In this document: in pieces, positions 16,392-30,469 of the stretch
Layout of the letters: each line of letters starts with the position of its first letter
Position numbering within the stretch: position 1 is the first letter of the stretch
NCBI RefSeq assembly: GCF_009914755.1
Contig: NC_060937.1
Reading direction: 5' to 3' (one strand)
DNA: 64,000 nt
Source of the DNA: the human T2T-CHM13v2.0 reference genome, Homo sapiens
Notes under the pieces: model-generated
What the model was told of the DNA's origin: nothing
What the model saw: only the letters and a program-made list of their open reading frames with translations
Databases searched by the model: none
Program-made: the position numbers and the translations under genes

Positions 16392-16751
16392 CAGCAGTCT
16401 CCAAACTTTTTGACAACAGGGACCAGTTTCGTGGAAAGCAATTTTTCCACAGATGGCAGGCTAGGGTAGAGAAGCGGGGGCGGTTTCATCAGGCACTGAT
16501 TTCTCATAAGGAGCATGCAAGATCCCTCACATGCGCAGTTCACAATAGGGTTCCCCCTTCTGTGAGAATCTAATGCAGCCTCTGATCTGACAGGAGGAAG
16601 AATTCAGGCAGTGATGCCAGCGATGGAGAGCAGTTGTAAATACAGATGAAGCTTTACTTACTAGCCCACTACTCACCTCTTGCTGTGTGGCCTGGCTCCT
16701 AACAGACCATGGACCAGTACTGGTCTGTGGGCTGCGGGTTGGGGACCCCTG
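16392..16751 (-). mobile_element. MER1 (hAT-Charlie) non-autonomous element
   Basis: TIRs cagcagtctccaa / ttggggacccctg; internal MER1 motifs; degenerate 8-bp TSD ctgttgac/ctataaac. Confidence 0.9.
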
Positions 16752-19454
16752 CTATAAACAATACTTTGAAAGGGGCAGAAAGTAGGCAAAATGAAGTCAG
16801 GTATAATATTAGGCTTGAAAAATCATTTTATCTACTTTTGTTTTGCTTGGAGTTAGTCTACATCATTGCTGTAAGTATACTTTCTCTTGAACAGAAATTC
16901 ATTTGTGATAGCTTAGCCATGTTTCATTGAATGCACTATCTTTAGTACTAATAATAAATATTTAAATGGCAATTTATAGTTTAGAAAATACTTTTTTAAC
17001 TAATTGATTTTATTTTTCCTATAACTTTGTTTCCTGGAAGAGACTATTAAAACTCATTTGATAGATATGAAAAATTGAGGCCAAGAAAGTTTAGATGAGT
17101 AAACATCATAGAACTAAATGAAAAAAAAATCAATTCTTTTATGTAAACCAAACCTAATTCTTTTATTTCTTGTTGTCTTGAAGTTGAATAAAAAATAATT
17201 AATTAGTTCCTGATCAAACTACATTTGTCCTTTTAAAATTTTACTACCCACATTTAAAAATACTTAAGTAACACTTTATGAGATTTCAGAGTTCTTCTCA
17301 CATGTACTACCTGACGTCGATCTGAATTACAAAGAAAAAACATCAGCATGCTTCTAAATCAGCCCACAAAGGGACTGCAGCTATTTCACCTGTGCTCCCA
17401 TCATCTGGTGAAGGGTATAATTATTATCACCATAAACAAGCATTTATAATTTATTACATACTAATATAGGCTATGTCCTATAAACTTATAATAGTTTATT
17501 TACACAGATTTTATAATTTATGATGCATTTTAATATACAGTACATTATCCTATTTTAACTCCATAATAAACTTAGAAGTAAAAAGAAAGGGCATTTTGGT
17601 GGCTATTTTTTAATATGAGGAAAATGAGGCCAAGATAAACAATGCGGTGTTTCGAGAACATCATGTTAGAAATTCAAACTTAGTATTTTTCAAACTTGTT
17701 CTGGCTTACCACAAAACAAAACAAAACAAAACAAAAGATTTACTTCTACTCTTCTGACAGAAAATTAATATTGCCAGCAATCTAGATTATTCCCAGATAC
17801 ATCTAAAACTGCAAAATATTAAACTAGGAGAAAAAAATGAAAAATGAATCAGACTAATAGATAATTTATATAGAAAAAACAAAAAATTAATAATGTAAAA
17901 TACAGAATTAAAAGAATCAATTTACTGCCTTAACATTTTTTACTGTAAAAATATTGCTACCTTTCATTGATTATTTAAATTGAGCAGATGACACTATAAA
18001 AAACAAACAGCCTCTAATTTTATAATATTCATATTAGTAATTTAATTCACTCAAAGTTTAACATTTATTTTTGATACTTTATATGTCATCAAAAGGAAAC
18101 CTTTTGATCAAAACTGGCTGTGTTACATAAAATAGTTACATATTTCTGACGCCTTCTTCCTTCTTAAGAAATCTACCCATAAAATTCTTCTTCAGAAGAA
18201 GCTTCTACCTTTGTATTAAACATTTATCTAGAAAGTTAAAGTTTTATAAGGTTTAAGATTATAAAATATTAAAATTAAGTTTGAATTTCTGATATGTTCA
18301 GTTAAAAAAAAAAGGGAGCTGAGGTTTTCCTTTTTAAAAAACCCATACTCATTTCTTCATAAAGAGTATGAGAACTGAAATACATTGCACTTCAGAAATT
18401 CCCCTCAGGACAAGAGTGGATGACTGATTTCCCTTTTATGTGTCATAATTTGTATTCATTCTAAAAATCAGATAAAATAAATATTAATCTGGCCATTTCT
18501 ACACAGATTTTGATTACAATTTTTTTATATCTGAGTTTAATTATGATGATGCAAACTTCTGCTTCTGCATTCAAAAAATATTTTAATCATGATCAAAATA
18601 TAAGTGTTAACCTGGTAATTGTTACCTATCATAACAAAAATATAACATGTTTTTATGAGAGCAATTTTGCAATATTATTTGTCATATAATTGTTAACACT
18701 TGAGTGACACTTTACCATTTTGTAAGTGTTTTTATATGCATTAACTAATTTTGTGGTGATAATTATGATCCCTAGGACATTAAATTGAATCTCATATTTG
18801 TCATAGCTAATTGGAGCAGATAAGTACCTCTTTCTCTAACTTCATACTTAGAATTTTAAAAAGAAATTAGCATTACTGACTAGAAGGAGGTCATTTGGGC
18901 TTTAATGCCAGGTTTGGTTGGAATATAAAATGTGCCCCTGGGAAAGATATTGGAAATGTCTAAATCAGGGATTTCTACAAAAATAGACGTGTGGGGTGCA
19001 AAGTTAGATTACTCTACAAAATATTCATTAAGAAATGTTTTCACACAAAATTTGGAGGACTTGTAAATTTTTCTTAATATTGTATAATGTTGAGATTTTA
19101 TGAAATTTTATTTAATCGTAATTAGTAATATCATGTGTTTCCAATAACAAAAACCTCACAGGATGACCATTTGATCACAATTCTTTTTCTGTGTATTCTT
19201 TGCACATGAAAATGAATGGCAGATGGTTACATCTATTATTGATAATTGCCTTCAGCTTTTCAGGTTTTACATGCAATGACAGAAAATCTTAGTGTTATTC
19301 TAGAGTTCTTTCTGCATAGTGTTCATATACATTAATGTTTACTTTGGAAAAAACAATGCAGCACATAATTGATATTCACCATAAAGAAGTGCGTGGATAT
19401 TTCCTATTAAAAGACAAGCACTTTATCTAGACCATTTATGAATGAAATTTAATT

Positions 19455-19643
19455 CAATAGAAGGAAGAAATGTCCAACACTGATATTGTCTAAAGGAGGT
19501 AGTGAGTTACACATGAATTGAAATGTTCAAACGTAAGTTTATGGGGCACATGATAAAGCAGCTGCAGGAAAATTACTAAGACTAGATGTGTGGATGACTC
19601 AATTATATTGTGGGTCATTCCAACCTGTGATTTATGATGCTAT
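19455..19643 (+). mobile_element. L3/CR1 LINE 3' end
   Basis: ggtagtgagtt...tgttcaa and the CR1-type terminus ggtcattccaacctgtgatttatgatgctatg. Confidence 0.6.
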
Positions 19644-21149
19644 GGGTTCTTACTGACATTATGGATTGTTTACCAATTTGTTCTGCTAACTTTTCAGAGA
19701 TTGATGGTAGACTGCTAAGGAAATACTTGATATCTACATTTGTTTTGTTGTGGACTACAAGAAAACAATGCTAAACTGAGAATTTAAAGTAAAGATTTTT
19801 GTCCTATCTTTGGTTTTATAGAAAGCTTTTTTTTTTTCATTTGTCAAACTCTATTAAGATACCTTTTATAAAGTATTTCTTATTCTTAAATACGAGAAAT
19901 ATTTTAGTATTTCAGAAACCTAGATTTCCTAATATTTATCTTAGATCTTTACTTTCTTAGCCGTGCAATAGGCCATTGAAGTTCAATCCAGTTCCAATCA
20001 GAATCCAAACTCCTGGTAAGCAGCACAAATTCTGATGCACAGAAATTGTTTGTTAATCAGAACCGGAATTCAAAATTAATGAAGCCACAATGGTAATATG
20101 AGTTAGGTCTCCTGTCGGTGTAGCATATTTATTACTCTTTTAAGGAACAAATCATCCTACTAACCATGAAACATCAAGATAAAACAATTACTTTGGCCCT
20201 ATGTAAACTGATGAGAAAGAAAAAAAAATATTTAAGTTATCTATCATTTCTCCAGTATTTGTGATAAGTGTTTGGAGCAAGTATATACCAAAGAAAGAGA
20301 CATCTGTTTTGATAATAGCTGAACTACAAGAAAATTAAAAAAAACCCTTATATATTTTATCTTCCAAATTTAGAAATCACTATCAAAATGAGGCCTTCTT
20401 AATTCTGAAGACATTACTTAAATTTTGATTTTAATAAAATGCCATATTTTAATATTAGTTAATTTTAAGTATATTTTGAATAGCTAATTTTATGTGCCCA
20501 TATTTATTAACTATTAAAATAAATTTTTAAAAATAACCTCTTTATTTCCCCTTAAAAGAGAAAACAAATCTAACTCAGATTTTTTTGTTCCCTCTAAAAC
20601 AGGCTCTCCTTCTCTCTCTCTCACATGCACATACATAGGCCTTAGGTTAATTTCAACATAATTAGGGGTAGGAAACACAGCAACAAGTGCAAAGGCCTGT
20701 TGTTGAATACGGAGAATATAAGAAGATAAATTAGACATTTTGAATATTATCTTCTAAATAATTTATTATTTTATTCCTTACATTGATATCTACAAATCTA
20801 TTGTGATATTCACAATTTCCATGATATGGACTCATGAAAAAATTCTTGAGTGGGAAAAAACAGATAAGTACACAATTGCCAGACATCCAAACAAGGCAGA
20901 AAGTAATTGCTGCAATAAATCTACCAGACAAAAATTTTTGTATGCAGAGAAATAGACTGAAAAATTAGATTGAAGGAAAAATGAAAAAGCGATGTGTAAA
21001 TGGTGAAATTTAAGTGTAGTCTTAAAAGAAACATACAGAATTTCAAAAAATAAGATATAGGGTCAAGAAAACACAAAATATAGTAGATTTTATGAATAGA
21101 ACATATAGAACGAATTCTTTAACAGCAAGACTTTTCCAGGAAATATAAC

Positions 21150-21560
21150 AGATTTGAGGGAATCTTAAATGGTAAATGAGTAATATAAGATGTGAAAGAT
21201 AAGTTAGGGCCAGATCTAGAGAGCATAATATGTGGCATTAAGGAATTTATTCTTAGGAATATAGGCAATGCAAGAGACGGACAGCTCTGTGAGGAAGTGA
21301 AAATAATATATGTGATTTAGAAACAACTCAAGAGACTTCCTGTCAATAAAATATTTTAGCAGAAAAAGTTTGTTAAAGACAGAGAAATAAGGAAATTAAT
21401 TATAATACTCTTATGGAAGTCTATGTAAAACAATTGATCAAAGAAGAATTTTTAAAAAACAGTGGTAAGACATTTCTGTGATAAAAGGAATTAATCATGA
21501 ATTTAGTATGAGAGTAAAAGAAGGAGACTCAATAAATTATCTTCCAAGGTTTTGTACCAA
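21150..21560 (-). mobile_element. L2 LINE fragment
   Basis: agttagggccagatc...taaggaattt...ttccaaggtttt antisense L2 pattern. Confidence 0.5.
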
Positions 21561-22149
21561 ATATGTTTTTAGACTGTGTATTGGCTACTTGATTTCTATT
21601 GTTGTAAACCTCTACATAAAATTACTGAATAAAATGACCAGACTAATTGCCTACACTTGTTTATGCTTTCCTTCCAAGCTAGTTTTGGCGGGCACAAGAA
21701 AGTCATACTATATTACAATTTCCCCAAGTACCAACCCCAACCTGCCTACTCCTTCTTACTGTCCAATAGGGAATGCGTCTACCTACTTTCTTGCTGCTAC
21801 CATAGTCACAAAGGCATAAAGTCTCAGTTCTTCTGTCTGCTTCCTGATCCTGAATGTGACAGGTTTTGTGTGGCCTTTGATGGCATTTTGTTCCTCTCAT
21901 TTCTGGGAAAAATGTGAGTATTAAAAACATTCTTTTAATGGCATTAGCTCCTCTGTCACTTTGCTCAGTTACATTTATAAATCAAGAAAAAGCCAGGGAA
22001 GAAACTTCCTTGATATTTACTACACATTACACACTGTGCTAGTCACATAGATTGTCTCATTTTCATTTAGTGATAATGCTAAGAGACAGTAATAATATAG
22101 GTATTATTATCTAAATTTTGTGTAGGAAAAATTATAAGAAATATCTATC

Positions 22150-22452
22150 TTGGTAAACTTTAAATAATACAAATCGAATTTTTACAGATTAAATAAAGTC
22201 ATCTCTGTTTTGGACTTTAATGTGATACAAGTGTCCAGTATACACTATTATGTTTCTAGAGGTTTTTTATGTCTGTGAGATTCATCCTCTGCATGTAGCA
22301 GTGGTTAAATTTTTATTGCATTATAGTAGCCCAATGGATATATACGTAACATTGATTTTATCCATTCTATTGTTAATGGATATTTGTTTCCAGTTTAAGT
22401 TATCACAAATAATATTGTCATGAACATTCTTTTTTATGTGTTTGGGTTCACA
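22150..22452 (-). mobile_element. Ancient L1ME-like 3' fragment
   Basis: tttatccattctattgttaatggatatttgtttccagttt...atgaacattctt. Confidence 0.6.
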
Positions 22453-25372
22453 AGTATGAGTGACCAACCCCCAAGTGACATAAATATGTAACCTTTCAGA
22501 CAGAGAGTTTAAAATAGCTATTTTGATAAAGCCAAACAAAATTCAAGATAACCCAGAGAAGGAATTCAGAATCCTCTCAGACAAATTTAAAAAGTGACTG
22601 CAATATTAAAAAAAAAAAAATCAAACAGAAATTCTGGAGCTGAAAAATTCAAAAGAAAAACTAAAGAATGCATCAGAGTCTCTTAACAGTAAAATTGATC
22701 AAGCATAAGGGAGAATTAGTGAGCTTGGAGACAAGTTATTTGAATATATACAGTCAGAGGAGACAAAAGAAAAAAATAATGAAAAAAAGGAAATACATGT
22801 GAAAGAACTAGAAAACAACCTCAAAAGGGCAAATCTAAGTTATTGGCCTTAGGGAGGAGATAGAGATATAAATTGGGGTTAAAAAGTTTATTCAAAGACG
22901 TAATAACAGAAATCTTTCCAAACCTCGAGAAAGATACCAATATTAAACAACAAGAAAGTTATAGGACATCAAGCAGACTTAACCCAAAGAAATTATCTCA
23001 AGACATTTATTAACCACACTCCCAAAGGTCAAGGATAAAGAAAGGGTCATAAAATCAGCAAAAGGGAGGAAACATAAAAAGGAGCTGCAATACATCCGGC
23101 AGCTGACTTATCAGTGAGAACCTCACAGTCCAGAAGAGGTCAATATGTCAAATGACACATATTTGATGTGCTGAAGGAAAAAATATTTTATCCTAAAAAA
23201 GTATATAATTTCCTTCAAACATTAAGAAAAAATAAGGACTTTTCCAGACAAATAAAAGCTGAGGGATTTCAACACCAGAACTGTCCTACAAGAAATGCTA
23301 AAAGGAGTTCTTCAATTTGAAAAAAAGGATGTTAACAAGCAATAAGAAATCCTCAGAAGATACAAAAGTCAATGGTAACAGTAAATACACAGACAAATAC
23401 AAAATATTGTAACACTAAGATTGCATTAACTAGTAATATCGTGAGTAGAAAGAGTAAAAGACAAACCTATAAAATAATGACTACAACAACTTCTTAAGAC
23501 ATAGGTAGAATAATAAGACATAAATGGAAACAACAAAATTTAAAAAGTGGCGAGTATGTAGTGAAAGTGTAGAGTTTTTAACAGTTTTCTCTTTGTTAAT
23601 TGGTTTGTTTTCGCAATGAGAGTTGTCATCAGTTTAAAATGGAGTATAATATTTTGTTTGCAAGTCACATTGTAACCTCAAATAAAAAATAAGTTACCGC
23701 AAGTGCACAAAAAAATAAAAAGCAAGAAATTAAATCATACTACCAGATAAAAATCACTTTCAGAAAAAGGAAGACAGAAAGAAAGGGGGAAAAAAGACCA
23801 CAAAACAACCAGAAAACAAATAACAAAACAAACTAACACTAATAAGTCCTTACTTATCAATAATAACATTAAATATAAATGGACTGAACTCCAATCAAAA
23901 GACATGCTGTGGCTAAATGGATAAAAAACAGACAATCAAACATACAAAACTAGAACCAACAATCTGCTGCCTACAATAAATACACTTCACCTATAAAGAC
24001 ATGTGCAGACTGAAAATAAAGCAATGGAAAAAAGATATCCCATGGAAATGGAAACCAAAAAAGGACCAGGAGTAGATAAACTTGTGTCAAGTAAAATATA
24101 AGACAAAAGTGATACAAGGAGAAAAAGAAGTTCATTATAAATGATGACGGGTTCAATTCAGGAAGAGGAGATAACAATTGTAAATATATATGCACTGAAT
24201 ACTGGGACACCCAGATAAATAAACAAATATTATTAGAGCTAAAGAAAGAGACAGACCCCAATATAATAATAGCTGGTGACTTCAACATCCCACTTTCAGC
24301 ATTGGAAAGACCATCCAGAAAGAAAATCAACAAAGAAACATCAAACTTAATCTGCATTATAGACCAAATGGAACTAATGTATTTCATTCAATGGCTGCAG
24401 AATACACATTCTTTTCCTTAGCTCATAAATCATTATCAAAGATAGACCATATGACTGGCCACAAAACAAATCTTAAAACATTTAAAAATTGAAACTTTAT
24501 CAGGTATCTTCTCTGATCTCAACAGAATAAAATAAGAAATAAGTAACAAGAGGTACTTCGGAAACTACAAACACATGGAAATTAAACAATATGCTCCTGA
24601 ATGACCAATGGGTTAATGAGGAAATTAAGAGAGAAATTTTTTAAATTTCATGAAACAAATGAAAATGGAAACACAATGTACAAAAACTATGAAATATAAC
24701 AAAGCCAGTCCAAAGAGGAAATTTTATTTTAATAAACAACTGCATTTAAAAGGAAAAAAACAAAACAACTTATCGGTTCATTTTAAAGAACTAGAAAATG
24801 AGGAGCAAACCAAACCCAAAATTAGTAGAGGAAAATAAATAATATCAGCACAGAAATAAACGAAATTGTAACAAAAATATCAAAAAATTGAAAAGTTCGT
24901 TGTGTGAAAAGACAAACTAAATCAACAAACCTTTAGCCATGTGAGAAAGACTCAAATAAATAAAATTAGAGATAAAAAAACATTACAACTGATACTGCAG
25001 AAAGCAAATGATCATTAGAGACTGCTGAGAGCAACTATATGCCAATAACTTTGAAAACATAGAAGTAATGAATAAATTTCTAGACCCATACAACTTACCA
25101 AGATTGAACCATGAAGGAATCCAAAACCTCAACAGACCATTAACAAGTAATGAGATTGGGGCTGTAATAAAATGTTTCCCAGCAAATAAAATCTTAGAAC
25201 CTTATAGCTTCACTGCTGATTTCTACAAAACCTTTAAATGGTTAATATTAATTCTACTCAAATAATTCCAAAAACTATAAGGAGGGAATACTTCCAAACT
25301 CATTCTGAGGCCAGTATGCCCTGATATCATAAATAGACAAAGACACATCAAAAAAAAAAAAAAAAAAAAAGA

Positions 25373-25684
<312 letters not shown>

Positions 25685-27033
25685 GAAAGAAAGAAAAGAA
25701 AAACAAAGAAAAGGCCAATATCTCTGATGAATATTGATGCAAAAATCCTCAATAAATTATGAGCAAACCAAATTTGACAACACATTAAAATGATAATTCA
25801 CTATGACCAAGTAATATTTATCCCAACATGTACAAATCAATCATATCAACAGAATAAAGGACAAAAACCATATCATAATTTCAATTGATGCTGACAATGC
25901 ATTTGATAAAATTCACATCCCTTCATGAAAATAAAAACACTTAAAAATCAGATGATAGAAGGAATATGCCTCAACACAGAGCCATATATGACAGTCCCAC
26001 AGGTAGTATCATACTGAATGCAGAAAAGCTGAAAGTCTTTCCTCTAAGATCTGGAACAAGACAACAATGCCAACTTTCACCACTGTTATTCAACATCGTA
26101 TTAGAAGTGCTCTCTAGAGCAATCAGACAATAAAGAATATGCAAATTAGAAAGGAAGAAGTCAAATTATCCTTGTTTGCAGATAATATGATTTTATACTT
26201 GTAAAAACCTAAAGCCTCCACCAAAAAAAAGCTATTATAATTGATAAATTCAGTAAAGTTATAGGATACAAAATCAGCATACAAAAATCACTAGCATTTA
26301 TGTATGCCAAGAGTGAACAATCTGAAAAAGAAATAAAAATACTAATCCCACATATAGTAGCCACAAATAAAATACTTATGAATAAACTTAACCAAAGAAG
26401 TGGAAGATCTCTATAAAGTATAGATCAGACTATTGATTAAAGAAATTGAGGACGTCCAATATGGAAAAATATTGCATGTCCATGGATTGGAAGAATTAAT
26501 ATTTTTAAAATGTACTACACAAGCAATCTTTAGATTCAACATGATTCCTATAAAATACCAATGATATTCACAGAAACAGAAAAAATAATCCTAAAATTTT
26601 TATGGAACCATAAAATAGCAAGAATAGCTAAAGTCATCCTAGGCAAAAAGAACAAAACTGGAGGAATCACATTACCTGATTTCAAATTACACTACAGAGC
26701 TATAGTAACCAAGACAATATAGTACTGTCATAAAAACAGACACATAGACCAATGGGACAGAATAGAGAACCCAGAAACAAATCCATATGTCTACAGTGAA
26801 CTCATTATTATCAAAGGTGCCGATAATATACAATGGGGAGAAGACAGTCTTTTCAATAAATGGTGATGGGAAAACTGGATATTCATGTGCAGAATAATAA
26901 AGCTAGACTCCTATCTCTCACCATATATTAAAATAAAATAAAAATGGATTAAATACTAAAACCTCAAACAATGAAACTACTACAAGAAAACATTCGGGGA
27001 AATCTCCAGGACATGGGAATGGACAAATATTTC

Positions 27034-27376
<343 letters not shown>

Positions 27377-27509
27377 TAAGCACAGGAAATCAAAGCAAAA
27401 ATGGAGAAATGGGATCATATTGAGTTAAAATGTTTTTGCACAGCAAAGGAAACAATCTACAAAATTAAGAGACAAACCACAGAATGGGAGAAAATATTTG
27501 CAAATTATC

Positions 27510-27903
27510 CATATTAGTCCATTCTCTCATTGCTATAAATAACTACCTAAGACTGAGTAACCTGTAAAGAATAGAAGTTTAATTGACTCACAGTTCCACA
27601 GGCTATACAGGAAGCATGGCTGAGGAGGCCTCAGGAAACTTAAAATCATGGCAGAAGGCAAAGAGGAAGTAGGCAAGTCTTACATGGAGGATTTGAGACT
27701 TAAAAGGAGGAAGAGAGAGCAGCAGGAGGTGCTGCACACTTTGAAACAACTAGATCTCATGAGAACTCACTCACTATCATGGGAACAGCAAGGGAGAAAT
27801 CCACCCCCATAAGCCAATCACATCCCACTAGGCCCCTCCTCCAATATTGGGAATTGTAATTTGGCATGAGATTTGGGCAGGGACACAAATCCAAACCATA
27901 TCA
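27510..27903 (-). mobile_element. MSTA-like MaLR solo LTR
   Basis: tattagtccatt...ggcctcaggaaactt...ggacacaaatccaaaccatatca; interrupts L1 ORF2. Confidence 0.9.
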
Positions 27904-28442
27904 CTCTCCATGAGATAAAGGATTAACAAGACAGAGAATACATAAGGAACTTGGAAAAATCCAATAATCTGATCAAATATGGGCAAAAGATCTGAATAGA
28001 CATTTTACAGAAGAAGATATACAAATGGAAACAGGTGTATGAAAAGGTGCTTAACATCATTGATCATAAGAGATCATAAGAGAAATAATGAGACATCATC
28101 TCTCCCCAGTTAAAATGGTTTTTATCCAAAATACAGGTAATAACAAATGCTGGTGAGAATGTGTAGAAAGAGGAACCATTGTACACTGTTGTTGGGAATG
28201 TAAATTAGTACAACCACTATAGAGAACAGTAGGCAGGTTCTGCAAAAACCTAAAAGTAGAACTAGAATATGATCTAGCAATCCCACTGCCAGATATGTAA
28301 CAAAAAGGAAGAAAATCAATATTTTAAAGACACACCTGCCCTCCCATGTTTATTGCTGCACTATTTACAATAGCCAAAATTTGGAAGGAAAACCTATTTG
28401 TTAACAGACAAATAGACAAAAAAAAAAAATGTGGTATATATA

Positions 28443-28771
<329 letters not shown>

Positions 28772-29649
28772 TCAGCTATAAAAAAAGAACAAGATCCTGT
28801 CATTTGTTACAGCATGGATGGAACTGAGGGACACTATGTTAACAGAAATATGCCAGGCACACAAAGACGAAGTTCAGATGTTCTCATTTGTGGGAGCTAA
28901 AATTAAAACAATTGATCTCAGGGAGATAGAGAATAGAATGCCGGTACCACAGGCTGGGAGGGGTCACTGGGGGAGGGAGAAGTGAGGATGGTTATCTCCA
29001 TCCCCACCTCTATGGTATATTCTCTACTCACTTAATGTTTCAATCAAATTTTCTGTTAGTAACCATCACAGTTTACAGTGTAGAATTCTTGCACATCTTT
29101 TGTTAGATTGATTATCATTTAATCTACTGGAATTTGTCTTAGAATGTAGCTACACAGGACTCACAATTAAAAGCCTTGGGTTTTGTCCTTACTCCCCTTT
29201 CCTTGGCAGTCCTGAATTCCATTTTTTTTTTTTCTGACTAGTAACATGAGGTTTCTAAAATTTTCTTTTATTTTAAGTGGTTTTTACCGCTTTATTGGAG
29301 TCACTTCCAATACATAAACAGTATATTAATCAGCAATTCCCTTAAGTTAGTAAGTGTGGGCAGCATATTGTGCTCACTCTCTTTATTTCCCTTTATCCAA
29401 GGACTTGGATCCTCAAGCTGTGCCTGAGTTAGTAGCCTTAAGTCAGATTTTCTCTTCACACTGAGGCTGCCACAATCCAATTTGTAGCTTTTTCCTTAGA
29501 GTCCATTCCCCACCCTGTGAATTGGCAAAGGACTTGAGAGTAAAAATTAGCAGCAAATATGAAGGCTTATCTCAATTCTCTTCTCTCCACTCCAGGTTCT
29601 TGCATTTTCAAATTCCTTGCTATCACAGTTTCTCTTTTTTTGTGTGTTT

Positions 29650-30000
29650 ATTTATTTTTGGCTTATCTTTTTTACCTTTTATATTTAGTTGACACATAAT
29701 CATTGTACATATTTATTGGCTAGAGAGTGATGTTTTGATATACGTATACAACATGTAATGATCAAATCAGGGTCATCAGCATGTATATCAACTCAAACAT
29801 TTTTCACTTCTTCATGTTATGAACATTCAAGATCTTCTCTTCTAGGCTTTTGACAATGTACGATAAAGTAAAGTTAGCCATATTCACCCTGCAGTGCTGA
29901 AGAACACCAGAATTCATTCCTCCTGTCTAGTTGTAATTTTGTATTCCTTAACCAGCCTCTCCCCATCTTCCTGTCTCCGTTACCTTTCCCATCCACTAGG
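29650..30000 (-). mobile_element. L1MA 3'UTR fragment
   Basis: ttgtacatattta...tgtaatgatcaaatcagggt...gaacattcaa antisense L1MA 3' end. Confidence 0.85.
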
Positions 30001-30402
30001 TATCTGATTCCAGCTACTACAATACAATGGGAAGCACGCTTGTATTTTCTGAAACATAACAAATTTGAATGGCAGCAGAAAATTCATATAGAATTACCTA
30101 TCTTGAGCTCATGAGAAATTTTGAGATAAATATGAACAATTTATATTTGAGATTTATTTATCTGTATTTACCAGTATCTGTATTTACATCTAAACTATTG
30201 GATAATTTAGATGTAAAAGTGAAATGATGATTCTCTAAGTATATTTGAATTGCATGCAACCTATTAAGTAAATTATTTATGGTGCATAAATATTTGAGCT
30301 AGAAATGCAGATAAAACTTCTCAACACAAGGTACACAACTTATTTTCTGCCATTCTATTTAAATAAAACTTCAAATGTTCACATATAATTCATGCAATGT
30401 AA

Positions 30403-30469
30403 CATGTATACCTATGTAACAAACCTGCACATTCTGCACATGTACCCCAGAGCTTAAAGTATAATAAAA
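30403..30469 (+). mobile_element. Very short L1PA 3' terminus
   Basis: catgtatacctatgtaacaaacctgcacattctgcacatgtaccccagagcttaaagtataataaaa. Confidence 0.85.

Noticed and set aside
21478-21930. Overlapping ORFs of 75-113 aa in semi-unique DNA
   Set aside because: Mostly non-ATG starts, partial L2 overlap, no recognisable domain or splice structure.
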